64,000 nucleotides of DNA, taken from positions 58,840,001-58,904,000 of the forward strand of contig CM052817.1 in assembly GCA_028534125.1 (NCBI GenBank). Reading direction: 5' to 3'. Numbering within the stretch: position 1 is the stretch's first letter; every line of letters begins with the position of its first letter. The notes under the pieces were generated by a model. It was not told where the DNA came from and ran no database searches. It saw only the letters and a program-made list of their open reading frames with translations. Made by a program: the position numbers and the translations under genes. The stretch comes from Lama glama. Its lineage: Eukaryota. This document shows, piece after piece, positions 12,356-26,440 of the stretch.

Positions 12356-15300
12356 TTCTGTAAAATTACTTATCTTGAAATATTTTAATGTAAGCACCAT
12401 AATACATACACCTTGTCTATCTAAGCTCAGCACATAGAATTAGACCGACAGAGTAAGCACTCAAAACAGTATTTGCTGAGGGAATGGATAAGCCAGAAAA
12501 TAAAAGCGGGGGGTCAGTGGGTTGGTGAAATGACTATCAGCAGGACAGCACAGGCGAACACAAACATTGTTGCATGAAGACTGTCTCTCCCTTCCTCTTT
12601 TAGGTAAACTGCGCCCTTGGTGATGGTGGGGCAGGGTGGGTAGGAAGAGAGGTCCTAGGTTTTTTCAGTCTCTTACAGGTTTGCACACTCTTGGCTGGAA
12701 GAAAACTACAAAGTGGTTTGAAATCTTTAAGACTAAAGAATAACATTTCTGACCAGTTCTGCCAGACAAATAACCTCAGACTTTCCCATGGTCAGATTGC
12801 TATTTTGTGAGGAATACTACCTAATGTTTCCCTGGCTACACTTTCAAGTTGAATAAATTGGAGAACAATATCATCAGAGTAAATACACAGTGTTTAATTT
12901 CAAAATACATCTTTCCAGCTGGTACATCCTGGCTCACTCTTGCCAAATGTAGCCATAGAACTTATTCCATTAGCTTTTTCTTACTATAACAAATCACTAG
13001 ACTAGTTTGAATCGAAATCTGATGATTGCAAATTATGTATTTAAAGCATCACCTGACTTTTGAAAGATGTTATATTATCAGATTGGGAGGATAAAAATAT
13101 ACCCTAAATAGTTATAACATTCTTTTCTTAATGTTCATAGATTTCCAAGAGGGATTCAATTTCCAGAAATACCTGATGCAAATGCAGTTAAATTAGAGTA
13201 GATACTTTAGGGAAATGGAAATTGTTGTTTTATTTTCAGGTAGGTCTTTGGGTTTGAGAGGACATTAAATTACACTACAGAACATTGATCTTTCAGATGA
13301 AAATTTAAGGCATGGTGCATTTTCTGACTTGCAGTCTCAGACTACACATTTATTTTTCTGTTCTGTCTTGCTGTTCCCAGAAATTAATAATGACAGAAAT
13401 AAACACATTTAATAAAGTAAGATCTCCAGCAGTGAATTTTGACACAATTTGATTTATTTGTTTAATATTGAGTCTTCTGTAGGGTTGCTCAGACAATATA
13501 AAGTTGTACATTATGAATACTATATTTAAAAGTGAAAACTTTGGTTATGCTGGAAGCAATGCCAATTTACAAGGTAATAATTATTAACAACATAAAGTGT
13601 CTACAGCAAAGTTTAAGTGGCACTGGTTATTTGTGTAGTATTTTGGGGAGCTCTTAGAATAGTTAAGATACTGAGACACTGGTTTGGTGTAGGCAGAAGC
13701 AAGTATTGATAAAATTCTTGAGTTGAAATTGATTAGATAACAAAGCTCAAAAATTAAAACTGAGAGGTTTAAAATTTAATTTTCTAAAAGAAAAGAAAAT
13801 TTCAGTGTTTTAGAGCTAAAAGAGATATTCAAGGCTATCAAGTCCAATTTTCTAATTTTCCTGAAAGAGAGATGTCATCTCAGGTCTAAGTAATTTTCCA
13901 AGGTCAGTGAGAGGAAGGAACCAATGTATTCAACTAATTTTTCTTCTGCATGAATTCAAATTGCAAATATTTATGTCTATATGTTAATACCATGTTTATA
14001 AAAAAGAGTATGTAAATATTTATTTTATAATGGCAAGAAGATAACCCTCTAACACTATGAAGATTGCTGGGGGAGAGAGCATTGCAAGAAGGGAGCAGCT
14101 GGTATAAAATCTTAAGTAAAGATTCAGAGTTTGAGAAAATGTTGAGAGCAGATTTCAAATTGGTGATCATAAATTTAAATACAACACTGTTTTTCTTTAG
14201 CAACACGTATTTATTAGGTGCAGTTATACCTTATGTAGAAGATACCCAGGGTTTATGTTTTGGTGGAAAGTATAACAGAGGGAGAAAGAACACAAAAAGT
14301 TGAAAGGTTTTTATATCAGCCAGATGATAATTATGGGCCTTGGACTCTAAGCTGAAAAGGAAGGAAATTAGAGGGAAACTGAATGAGAAAGTGGTAGGCT
14401 TAAGCAATTGAAGATCTCCATGAGTTTGAAGAATTTTTGGAGGAAAAGTTTGGATTAATGGTGAGAAGCTCCCAAAAGCATTGAGCATTTTTGTTAGTTC
14501 TTATAAATAGCGACTCTAAATGTCATCTGCAAGGCCGGTTAGCAATAAAGATTTGAAGAAAGCTTTGGGAAAGATAAAGAGCTGTCTTTGAAAAATGTGT
14601 CAAATATGTGCTTTAGGTACTTCTTGTGGAAAAGTGACACTTAAAGTGGAAAACCTGTATCCATAGTATTTAATTAGGTATTTTGGGGTAGATTCTTTTA
14701 ACTATTTGGAGTAATGGTTTTCATTACAAGAATGATGGTCCTTTCAATCTCCCAAATCAGGGTATTCAAAAATCCCTCAAACTTCACTACCTAAAATGCC
14801 TAAAGTTACCCAGGTCTCTTCTTGCATAAGGATGGGTAAACAAGTGTGTTAGCACCATCTTTGGGGGAAGAGGAGATGTGCTATTTCTTCTAGAAGGTTC
14901 CTTGTAAGAAATGACACAGCTAAAGAGAGTGAAAGGCAATGAAAAATGAGAAAAACTATTTATTAAAAGGATGATGACTTTAGAATTGTAACATATAAAC
15001 ATAATTGTAACTGAAGTCTCAAACTCTCCTAAAAGACTGAGTTAAAGAAAGCTTTTTATGACTTATATCAATGGTAAAGAAGTAGTCTTTATATGACTAC
15101 TAGAGAATAAAAAGGTGAGGAATTATTTGGTTTTAAATTATTTTAATAGGTGAAAAAAATATTTTCCCTATATGATCAAAACATGCACACAGATGTCCCA
15201 GTATCTATAAACCTTGGGAATTAGGAATCTTAAGGTGTTTCTGGAACATTAGTTTGCTTAGCTAAAACAAACAAATAATAAAAGAAACCTATTCCACTTG

Positions 15301-15744
15301 AAATGTATGCAAGCCACAATACTCAAGTTACTAATACAGATTTGAAAGGCAAGTAATTAAAGAGAGAAACACTCCACACATTCTGTTGCTTTTGAAAGAC
15401 AAATTATAAATGCACATGGATATCCTATTACTAATTAACTCCTAATTGCTCACATGACTTATTTTAAGTGCCTAGATATATGCCAAAGTAAAAATTCGGT
15501 GACAAAAATCAAAGGAAGTAGTTAAAAATATCTCCATGCAAATCTTATTCTAGTACAAATCAGTTGAACCCTGTCATTGCTCTTTGTATCCAAAATCTGA
15601 TATTGGAGGAAAAAATTACATAAATAATCTTGTCATATAAATGGAAACAGGAACCTAATGCACTATTTTTTTAGTAAAAATAACAAAGTGATATGTATAT
15701 GGGCACACATTCATATATAAATATCTTAATATAAAAATTGTAAT

Positions 15745-15850
15745 CACTAGATTATAAGTTCCATGAGGATAAGAACTGTCTGTCTTATTCATGCTTGTTC
15801 CTGCAGCACCTAGGGGAGAGTCTGGCACATGGTTGATGCTTCTGCATGTG
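15745..15850 (+). mobile_element. L2 3' end
   Basis: cactagattataagttccatgaggataagaactgtctgtcttattcatgc..cagcacctag..tctggcacatggttgatgct. Confidence 0.75.
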
Positions 15851-16697
15851 TAACCCACATGGTTGCTGTGAATTGCACAAATAATTAAAGCCTTTGAGCT
15901 GCAGCAACCCTCAAGGATGTTTAATAGTAATAAACATTGAATATAATAGAATCTGTGTTTTTGTACAATGGTGGTTTCTTTTTTACTTTTTTACTCTTTC
16001 CAAAGAGTAAACTTATTTCAGAAGCAAGAAGCATATAAATCCTTCCTACCACTTACGTGAAGCAGGGGACACAAAGCATGCAGAGGCTGTTGGTCAGAGA
16101 ACCTGCAGACCCAGCTGAAAAAGGGCAGCATCACGAGGGGCACCTAACAGGTAGAGTGAGACACCCATTCAGGGTCGTAAGTAACAGCGTTTTGCAGAGT
16201 CTCTTTAGGGATATACTCATAAAGACTCATTACTTAAATGGGACTTCGAGGAATTGAGATGTTGAGATTTCTACAAATAATAGTGACTCTGATAAATGAA
16301 AATGTATCTTATTGCAGACTACAGTGAGTGGGGCAGTATTTGTGACAGAGGAAAGAACATGAATAGAATATGGACCAGTCAAGCAAATAGAAGTAAAAGT
16401 TAGAAGCATTTTCTAGCTTCTCTTGGATTTTCATTAAGAGATCCTACTTAAGAACTGATTGACACTGAGTGGCAGCATCAGAAACCCACTTAATATCATT
16501 TAGAATTCATTGTATATAATCATATGTAACTTTACCATTTTATAAACTGGAATTGTTCTCAATTCACAGTATAGATTCAGTCTTTCTGAACTGAATAATT
16601 TTTAAAATACTATGATAAAACTAAGTAATTACTCTAGGTATTACGATAGATTCCTGTAATCCATGCTGTTTATTTTAGTTGAATTCAATTTATATTT

Positions 16698-17637
16698 TTT
16701 ATTGTAGTCAGTTTACAATGTTGTGTCAGTTTTTTGTGTACAGCACAAAGTTTTAGTCACACATGGATATACATATGTTTGTTTTCATATTCTTTTTCAC
16801 TGCAAGCTACTACAAGATATCGAATATAGTTTCCTTGTTTATCTATTTTACACATACCAGTATAAACTTGTTTATCTGTTTTACATATACCAATCAGTGT
16901 CTGCAAATCTCGAACTCCCAGTTTATCCTTTCCCACCCCCTTTCCACCTGGTAATCATAAGTTTGTTTCCTATGTCTGAGTCTGTTTCTGTTTTATAAAT
17001 GAGTTCATTTGTCTTTTTTGTTTTAGATTCCACATATGAGTGATATCATATGGTATTTTTCTTTCTCTTTCTGGCTTACTTCACTTAGAATGCCATTCTC
17101 CAGGTCCATCCATGTTACTGCAAATGGCATTGTTTTATTTTTTATGGCTGAGTAGTATTCCATTGTATAAATGTACTACAACTTCTTTATCCAGTCATCT
17201 GTCATTGGACATTTAGGTCGTTTCCATATCTTGGCTGTTGTAAATAGTGCTGCTATAAATATTTGGGTGCAGGTGTATTTTTGAATTAGGGTTCCCTCTG
17301 GACATATACCCAGGAGTGGTCTTGCTGGATCATGTGGTAAGTCTATTTTTAGTCTTCTGAGGAATCTCCAAACTGTTTTCCACAATGGCTGCACTAGTGT
17401 ATTGCCACCAACAGTGTAGGAGGATTCCTTTTCTCCACACCCTCTCCAGGATTTATCATTTGTGGACTTCTGAATGATGGTCATTCTGACTGGTGTGAGG
17501 TGATACCTCATTGTAATTTTCATTTGGATTTCTCTGAGAATTAGTGATATTGAGCATTTTTTCATGTGCCTATTGTCTATCTGTGTATCTTCATTGGAGA
17601 ATTGCTTGTTTAGATTTTCTGCCCATTTTTGGATTGA
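16698..17637 (-). mobile_element. 5'-truncated LINE-1 with about 12-bp TSD
   Basis: ORF 17176..17661(-) is the L1 ORF2 C-terminus ([29 protein letters not shown]...[11 protein letters not shown]...FIAALFT). Flanks are caatttatattt (16686-16697) and cagtttatattt (17638-17649). Confidence 0.95.
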
Positions 17638-18054
17638 CAGTTTATATTTATAAATTTGCATATGTTAGTTTAGTTTTCATCTTGAAATAATTATTGTCAT
17701 CTTGGTAAAAAGGGAACACTGTCCAGTTGAGAACTATGTCTGAAGGATATTCTGAAGTCAGCATTTTTTTCTAAAATTGTTATGAAGTCTTTGCTACTGA
17801 TCATTGCTTAGATCTTTAATAGAAGACATAACAGCACACTTTTAGTACTGTCAAAAGATACAGTGTGATAAGAGGATGCTGCAGATCTTAAATGAAATTT
17901 TAGATATTTGCTGATTTAACTTTAATACAAATAAATTGACTTGTTATATCTGCTAGATCACTAAAGCCAACACAATTTGTACTATTTGCAAACAGAAATT
18001 AAAATAGTACAGATTGGGTAAAACTTAAGATATATGGATAACTAGAAAAGTAAA

Positions 18055-18540
18055 TTTCCATTTATTCAACAAACATTTAAGTACTTATTTAGCACTTACC
18101 ATGCTCCAGGTGCTGTCTAGACAGTTGGGATAATTTAGAAAACTTAACAAAGATCCAATCCCTGTCTTAATGGTGCTCAAATACTAATGTGGAAAGATAG
18201 ATGATATACAATAATAATAAATGTATACAGTATGTTAAAAGATTTTAAGTGTCCCTAGAGGTAAAGTAGGCAGTAGACTATAAGATGAAATAGGGTGATA
18301 AAGCATACCTCACTGAGAAGGTAAAATGTGAGCAAAGGCTTGAGAAGTTGTGGAATTTAATCATGCCAATATCTAGGTGAAGAGAATTCCAGCGCGATGA
18401 GCACTTAGTCCAAAACTCAATGTTAGAAGGATGCTTAATGTGGAACAAGACTATCAAGAACACCAGATTCTGTGATGGAGTGGTATGGATGGGTTTAGAA
18501 AAAGATAGGGTCAGGAGTTACATTAGACAAGTAGATTGAT
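18055..18540 (-). mobile_element. L2 3' region
   Basis: ttattcaacaaacattta..agcacttaccatgctccaggtgctgtctag..ccctgtcttaatggtgctc..cctcactgagaaggtaaaatgtgagcaaagg. Confidence 0.75.
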
Positions 18541-19654
18541 AGATAAACATATTCCATATATTAGTCCTCTTGCTTGAAACACTTTAGTACATTCTCTTTT
18601 TATGTTCCATAGTACGCTTATAAAAGACAGCTTACTAGACAGATTAATGATTCAATTAGTTTAGTAATTGGATTACTTGGAATTTGAAACAGTTATTTCC
18701 AAATCCTAAATTAATCCAAAACCAAGTAACACATTTTCAAATATTTTACAGTGCCATATTCCACACATTAGGCACGAATCTTGTTCATGTCTGTTTAAGT
18801 TCATAGCTGGACTAATGTTTACCACCCTGAGAGAATTCTAAAGCAATACACCTTTCATTGGGAATGTAGGCAAAGGCAAAGGCAAAGTAGGATTACTTAT
18901 TTTCTGAAACTGTGTCTTTTAAGTTTTGCATTAAAAATTAGAATCACACATAGAGGTTGTCAGAAATAATATTACACAAACTCTTAGTAGAAATTCTGTT
19001 GTTGATTAGTTTCATATCTGAAATGAAAAGGCACCTTCATCACAAGTGACCATCCAGCTGTGAACATCAGAAAGACTGGCAATGTTTTAGTTTTAGGGCA
19101 AACTTCATTGTATATAAGCTCATAAAATATGAGGACCCAAGTCCCTGGAGCAGAAGAAATTTAACTTATGCAGTATACCAAGATGAGAATGTCTAGAAAA
19201 CTGGAGGCATAGAAGTACTATACTTGTTTAATATTTTAGTTAGCCTAGAGCAACGATAATCACAGACAAACTCTATGAAATGCTATTTGTGCCCGCATAG
19301 TTACATTAATTTTCTTTTAATCTTTGTCTGCCCCAGGAAATATTTCAATTGAATTTTACATTTCTTTCCAAGAAATCAGGAACTCTGGAATCCAATCTCA
19401 TTTACTTTAACTTTTTTTCCTACCGTTATTTCCAAATCCTAAACGAATTCAAAACCAGGAATTTATCTTGCACTTTCTACTTCAATATGTAAAAATGACA
19501 TGGTTTAGGTGGACTTTAATATAATTCTGGAATTAGGCTTACTCCTCTAATGGGTCGCTCAGTCATTCATTTATTAAATGCATATTGATTTAATTCATAT
19601 TAGATATTCATCTCAATATACGTAAAACATCAAGTCATAGTTACTCTTGGTGGT

Positions 19655-19910
19655 AGTAGGTGTAGTGGTTGCAGAATGAGCTCTGTAATCAGATGCTCTG
19701 TGTTCAGTAATGAACTCCACCTCTTTCTAGCTGTGTCTTCTTAGTCAAGTTAATTCACTTCCCTTTGCCTTAGTAACCCTATGACAAAAATGGGAATTCA
19801 TAATGGCACCTGAAAGATAGTATAATTGTGAGGAATGAAAAATAAGTCACATAAGGTGCTCAGCATAGTACCTGTCACCTAATAAAAATTCAACAATTGT
19901 ATACTATTTT
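19655..19910 (+). mobile_element. MIR (near full length)
   Basis: tgtagtggtt..ctagctgtgtcttcttagtcaagttaattcac..ttgtgaggaatgaaa..aggtgctcagcatagtacctg. Confidence 0.8.
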
Positions 19911-19974
19911 TGTAATATGTATATGTGGACATTTTAAAGTATCCTGTGATGTAGTTACAATATTATTTTAAAAA

Positions 19975-20120
19975 ATGGGATGCTTTTTCATTTTTGAGAT
20001 GACAGAACTTCAGCAGTGAAGACTGGTGGAGTCCCTGAAAATAGTGATGGATCTTGTTTTTTCTAAAGGGAGATGAACAGCAATTCAAAGCTTCCAGTGA
20101 ATGGATCACAGATATCATTT
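19975..20120 (+). mobile_element. Possible CR1/L3 reverse-transcriptase remnant
   Basis: Degenerate translation FIFE..TGGVPE.. followed by ttttctaaaggga weakly echoes CR1 IIFE..TGEVPEDW..IFKKG. Confidence 0.3.
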
Positions 20121-21559
20121 TACAGCATTTCAAAGATGACTAGAATGACTAACTGCAAAAAGGAAAACAGAGTTTGACAAATTTTTACATTTGGCTGTTC
20201 CCACTTCCTCTTTTAGCTCAAATTCTTCTGAACTCTGTAGACTTTTCAAACAGGTGAAGTACAAATCTCCTGTGATTTATAATTTTAACATTGTATAAGA
20301 AAAAAAGGTTTCCAATATAATGGCTGAAAGAGGGATAAGGGAATCGCAAAGAACATTTAAACTATGTACATTAACTTTAAAGAAAGACTGGAAATTATAT
20401 GTAAGAGTGAATTCTTGGAGTTAGGCTCAGCAGCCTTGGGAGAGTTTCTGAATTGCTAAGTCTGTTCCGTAAACCTATGACTAGTCACACATGTCAATAC
20501 TATCACTTACAAAATGAATTCTAAATATGGCTAAGGTTGGAAATCCATATATACAACAAAAAGTTTTTAAATCAGCAATAGAAGTGAAACTTGACAATGA
20601 ATTTAAAGTCTGTGCAGCAAGCTGACAGATGAAAAAATAGTTATCCAAATTAAGAAAACAAGAATTTAGGAACCAAGTAAGATTGGTAATTGGTATGTCA
20701 AGCTGTGTTCAGACTTGGCTTGGGTTTTCTTAGCTTCTTGAGCAGTCTCATCAGTCTCATTAGGAAGCCATGCAAGATAGAAAGATGCATAGCAAGAACC
20801 TGTAAGAGAACCAAACTGCCTGTCTTAAAATTGAAACAGCAGGGATCTTCAGTTTTAAAGCTCTGCCAAGATCATCCAGTACAACTCACCATATCCTCTA
20901 CCCCCATGTCATTTTCTTGATAGGTAAACCAAAACTAGAGTTGAATATGATCCTCATCTTCCAAGAATGTGCTTTTCTCCCCCAAAATGGTGCCCCCTGT
21001 TTAAGAAGAGATGTAGTGGTAAGAAGCAGGAAGAACAGAAGTGTTTACAAACATGCTTGGCATTCTTTTGGGCCATACACCATAGCTGCAAAATGAAACT
21101 AACAATAGCAAGAATTAAGGTGACACGTCGTCTTTTTCCTAAATAAATCCGTTTCCAAACAGAACAGAACATCTAAAAGGTATTTTCATTTCAGCTCAAT
21201 GTAGGCTGAACTATTATATAGCAAAAGTATTATAAGAATTGAATTAATCCGGGTGAGACATTTGGAGCAGTGCTAGACACATAGATAACACTCACAAAAT
21301 ACTAGTTAATTTTATACCTGCATTAATAATTAGTTTTCATTTTGACAATATCAACACAAACAGCAACATCGTGATACTACTAATAAAAATTAGTTTACTA
21401 TGGACTAGGCACTGAGTTGTGTCTTATATGTTACCTCACTTATTCTTACAAATTGCCTCAATTTTATAGCTATGGTGCTTCAAACATAAAATGGTTTAGA
21501 AATACTCCAATAGACAGCTGTTAAAGCAATAGTTTGTAACAGAGCTACTCAAACAATTT

Positions 21560-21715
21560 GGTAGAAGAAAGATAGTCCTGATTCAGGACCAGCTGACCAG
21601 AATTCAAACCCCGAATCTGCCATTTGTAGATTAAGTTCCCTGCAGCAAGCCCCCTCATCTGTCAAGTGAAGAGGTTGAACAACAAGTTATTTAAAGTTCC
21701 TTCAAGCTCTTTCTT
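21560..21715 (+). mobile_element. MIR3-like
   Basis: ttcaaaccccgaatctgccatttg..cctcatctgtcaagtgaagaggttgaac..taaagttccttcaagctct. Confidence 0.6.
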
Positions 21716-23609
21716 GTGTCTCCAAAGTTGAGGCTAATGTAAAAGTTATACAGTTATTCAAGCTCTTTTAAAAATTAATTTTGGCTTTATCCAGTTAAAT
21801 CTTAACTATTTTCTACAGTTGAGAAAAATTATCACAGTAAAATCTCCACAGTGTTGGAAATTAAGTATCTATTCCATCTGTTCATTCTCTAGTTTTCCAT
21901 ATTGGAAAAATAAACGACCAAATCTAGGGGTATTGGATACTTTATTTCTGACTCTTTACAGGGACGCATGGATAATCTTCACAACATAGTAGCAATTTGG
22001 GAGGACTCTGTAATCATTACTATCTCGCCTCTTTGGTATACTTTAGACAGAGATGACTTCATACCCTAGCACAGTTACTGGGGTGTTCACACAGATGTCT
22101 GAATGCTGTTCTGCAAGAGAGACTTTGGTAGAAAGGTAGAAAATTCTATTTTTTTTCAGTTAATAGCTTTTTTTCTTTTAATGCTTCATAAACTATCTTA
22201 ATTTAGCATGCTATAGAACATTTGCTTTGGGGTAATTTTTTTATACCTACAATTTATAGCTTTTTGGTTTGGTTTCATGTTCTTAATTTTGATCAAGACA
22301 AAGAGATTATACTCTCCAGTGACAATATATATAAAATAAGGAAAATATATTTTCCTCAACTGTGGTTCCCCAGAATATTTTAAAATATGATTTTCTGATG
22401 TTATGCTAGATAAATATTATCTTTACTACTTGAGAATAATGAAGCAGATTTTTATATTAATTAAAATTTTATAAATCTTGTATTAATTTTGAGTCAACCA
22501 ATATACATGTATATTTACATATACATAAGTAATTTTACTGTTTCTGTCTACATCAGGTCTTTCTGAGGGTCAGATTGTCTCAGTGAATAGAATTTAAACA
22601 CTTATTTCTTTCTTGGTGGCAATTACACAATATGAAAATTCCAAGTACTTTTTCATTTTAAAATGTGAAAGTTGTGTGGTATATATGTAAGAAAACACTA
22701 CCAAGGGGCTTGGTTTCCTTGAGATTCATACTTCTTTTGAAAAATTTCTGTCTTCATTGTTATTTCTTGGTTAATCAGGCTGATGTTACGGTGTGATCTC
22801 TCAAAGAAGACTGACTAATTTACTCTCAGTAAGAGTCAACAAAAATCAAGATTGCTGTAGTTTTCCTAGTAGAAACTAGAATTCTCCCTAACAGATTTCC
22901 TCACTCAAGTCATCTGACCTACCAACTTGAGGGTTTAGATTCACCCTAGGACTCAGACTAACTTCTGCCATCAATTAGGACTTCACATCTCAAGAATCAT
23001 TAGTGAATCTTATTATACACTAGATCTTTTGACTTCTCCACTGAAATACATCCTCGCCTAAAGCCTTGTTAGCATATGGAAATCTTAGTTTATTTTCTTT
23101 GCACATATGGCTCCTAATTTCTTGCCATCCGGTTCTCTGACTCAGTCCTTTAACCTCTAGGTTGGTCTTTCAATAATTCAGTGCCTAAATTAGGGTGAAG
23201 CTTTTTATATAGTGTATACAATAAATCACATCTACACTGGCAGGTTTATTCCCCAACTCGTATTTCATCCAAGCGAATATGCTTCTTAAAGTCCTGACAC
23301 CTCACTCCTCTTAAACCACTGTGTTGCCTTGAAGAATCATCATGACTCATGCATGAGTTCCACGTTATGATAAATTTGTGTTCATAAGTACATAAGACAT
23401 TAAACATCTGGACTGGTGGGAACGTAAAGAAACTTGACTAAGGATGAATCAATGAACTTGGTATCTCAGCTCTTAAAGTATTGGTTTAAGTTTTGTTTTT
23501 GTACTTACTAACTCTGGTACTCAGAATCACATAATTTAAATTTTATAAGCTTCAATTTCATCCTTTGAAAAAGTAAGCTTAAAATACTTACCTTGAGTTC
23601 TGCTTCTAT

Positions 23610-24545
23610 ATGTGAGGGAGTAATGGCTGTAAGACTTACCCTCCAGCTGTAATCGTTAGAAGACTAGGCAAAACATATGAAATAATCCTCACACATTAAA
23701 AGACAGACAGGGATGCACTATAATACCTCTGAAAAAGGAAAGAAATAAAGAGGGCCTTGCGACACTTGGATTCCTGCCTGCAGGCAATTTTTGGGCCTTG
23801 GTACATGGAGGGACAACCCAGACAGAACTTCACGGCCTTTACATTTTATGGTTGAGGAGTCAAAGATCTGAGTTTGGAGAGAACAGGCAGCTTGGATTTG
23901 CAGAGCTGATTACCAGAAAGGAGGAAAAAACACAAAGAAGATCTCTAGATATCTGCACTGGTATTACCCTGAGAACTTTGTTTGAATAACAGTCTTCACA
24001 TGTGTAGAGTGAAATTTGACAAGAGTAGGAAAAGGTTAAGATTACCAGATAACTTGAAATAGAATTCCCAGAGCTTTCACTGGCCTGAGAATCTTTTGAA
24101 TTCCCATTAGTCAGAGTAGTTAGTCCTTCATTGAATACATGGGATATTCAGTAGAGTGCAAGAAAGGGTCAAGCTCAGTAACAGATAAATAATTCTTAAC
24201 ACTACTTCAAACTCACCCTAAATTTTTTCTGAAACAAGCCTCAGAGTGGTCAGTGTGAACCACAAGTTAACCATCTGCCAGAAACAATCCTAACTCTTTC
24301 TAAGGTAATAAACAAAATTTATTTAGTGTCTAGCACTAAACAAAATAAAAATCACAATATCTGGCAACCAATAGAAACATTATTGGCTATAAGAAAAAAT
24401 AGGAAAATGTGACTTATAACCAGGAAATAATTCAGTCAATAGAAACAGACCTGGAAATGACAGATGATAGAATTAACAGACAAGTAGTTCAGAACACCAT
24501 TGCAAATATAAATGCATTGAGGAATTAAGAAAAACATGATAATTT
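23610..24545 (+). mobile_element. Ancient L1M-type 5' UTR/ORF1-region fragment
   Basis: Typical old L1 5' motifs: aaaatcacaatatctggcaaccaa..aggaaaatgtgacttataaccaggaa..cagtcaatagaaacagacc..gaattaacagacaag. Confidence 0.65.
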
Positions 24546-24654
24546 GTATTCTTCAAATGAAAGGCACAAACCCAAAGTATTTTGTTCTAATTGATCTTAT
24601 ATTTACACATTATATATGTATAATAATGATAATAAAAATTAGTATAAGAAGAGG

Positions 24655-24890
24655 AGATAATAATTACTGTTTTAGGATACCCTGTGCCTGGCCCTTTACT
24701 AAGTGCTATGCACATATTGTCCAGTTTTATCTTTATAGCAACCACATGAGTTACTGTATTATTATTTTTCAAGTAAAAAAGATGAGGTTGAGAAATACTA
24801 TATTATTTGTTAGAACACAAAATAATATGCCACACTGAAGATATAAGCTCTCAATCATCTGAATTCAAAAGCACACCATTATACTATTTC
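24655..24890 (-). mobile_element. MIR
   Basis: ctgtgcctggccctttactaagtgct..atctttatagcaaccacatgag..gatgaggttgaga..tctgaattcaaaagc. Confidence 0.65.
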
Positions 24891-25859
24891 CCATATCCTA
24901 AAAGTTAGGAGCATGGACACCATTTACAATTTATTTTTAGCCTACACTACTAGGTTTAGGAAATGTTCTAATATTTTGTTTTACATCTTATTTCATACGA
25001 AATTTAGACTCTTCAAAATATATCCTGTATATGTACATAATTTTCTGTACTCAGAAATCGGACTGCCATTTATTTACAGGAATAACTGCCAGGTTGATTC
25101 TAGAGCCTTTTCTAGATTCAGTAAAGCAATGGTCTGTTTTTAAAAACAAAATGGCTTTAGTTAATATTTTTTACAACTATTTTCTCTAAACAACTCGAAT
25201 GTTTTATGTATGAGATAAAAATTTAAAAACCACTTAAAAAACCTTTTAAACATAAACAGTCTAGTTTCTGTTAAGATATTATAAAAATTTTGCCTTTTTA
25301 AACACAAATGCCATCACCAAATGAAAAAAAATGTACCCTACAAATATTTTCTTATAACTATGAATACTTAATAAGTGATTACACTCTGTGCTGCTTAAGG
25401 CAACAATAAAAACAGTAAAAAAAATCTTTCCTTAAATTCCAAAATATAAAGCTAGAGATCTAATAATTAAGTCTACTATATCTTTCTTACAGGGTATTTT
25501 TCTTACCAGATGTAAGAAAAATAGTGATAATCAGAATATATTAAGGAGTTCTGCTATTCAGATTTTCATCAACAATAGAAAAATACTTTGTCAAAATTAT
25601 TCATAATAATGTGAAAAGTCAAGTTTTTTTAAAGCTCTGTCAGATAATTTAAAGGCAGGTGAAAAAGGTTGTGATAAAGATAAATCCCAATATTTATTTC
25701 TATTTTTTCCATTTTTCTTCAGGCAGTGTTTCTAAAAAAAGGGAGAATGAGTTATTGGTTTAGACTAAATTATGAGAATATGAGAGTTCTCATTTATGTC
25801 TCTATTTGATATTTTAAAATTTTACCCTCAGTTTTCAAAAACTGCTATCAAAGTAAGCA

Positions 25860-26440
25860 TTCACTTAAATAATAGTACAAACTCCTTCTCTTGAAAGACT
25901 TCCCCATTTGGTCACCTTTTCAGCCTTACTTTCCTGCTACTCCTTTTCGCCCGAGTCACAATATATGCCACCTAAACCACTTGCCTTTCCCAGACCTCTT
26001 AGTGCAGTGCCTCTCAAACTCTAATGTGCACATGAATTGCCTGGAAATTTTATTAAAATACATATTCTTGTTCAGCTGGTATTGGGTGGAGTCAGCATTT
26101 CTGACGAGTTCCCTCCCACGTGATGACTTGCTGCGACGCCAGGTCTCCAGAGCACTGAGTGCTGTTCCCCTTCTGTTCCTTCCTCTACCTCTAGGACTGT
26201 TACGATGTGATCTCCCTATGTGATCCTCCTGTGTGATCCTTGATGCTTCTGCCTGTTTGCTGTCTCAATGAGCCTCTTTCTTCCTATGCTCAGAGAAATT
26301 TTTATATACCCGACACCATTCTCCTGAAGTTTTATCTTAACCTTTATGTGTTTAATCAATGCTCTAAACTTTGAGGACTATGTTATTTGTATCTGCAATA
26401 TGGTGTCTGGTACATATGCCGTAGTACATATACCACAAAT
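25860..26440 (+). mobile_element. Degraded L2 3' region (interrupted by the MER5-like element)
   Basis: Pyrimidine-rich L2-like body ending ctaaactttgaggactatg..atggtgtctggtacatatg..acaaatatgt. Confidence 0.5.
26003..26130. mobile_element. MER5-like hAT-Charlie DNA transposon remnant within an L2
   Basis: cagtgcctctcaaactctaatgtgcacatgaattgcctggaaattttattaaaatacatattc..gcatttctgacgagttccc. Confidence 0.7.
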
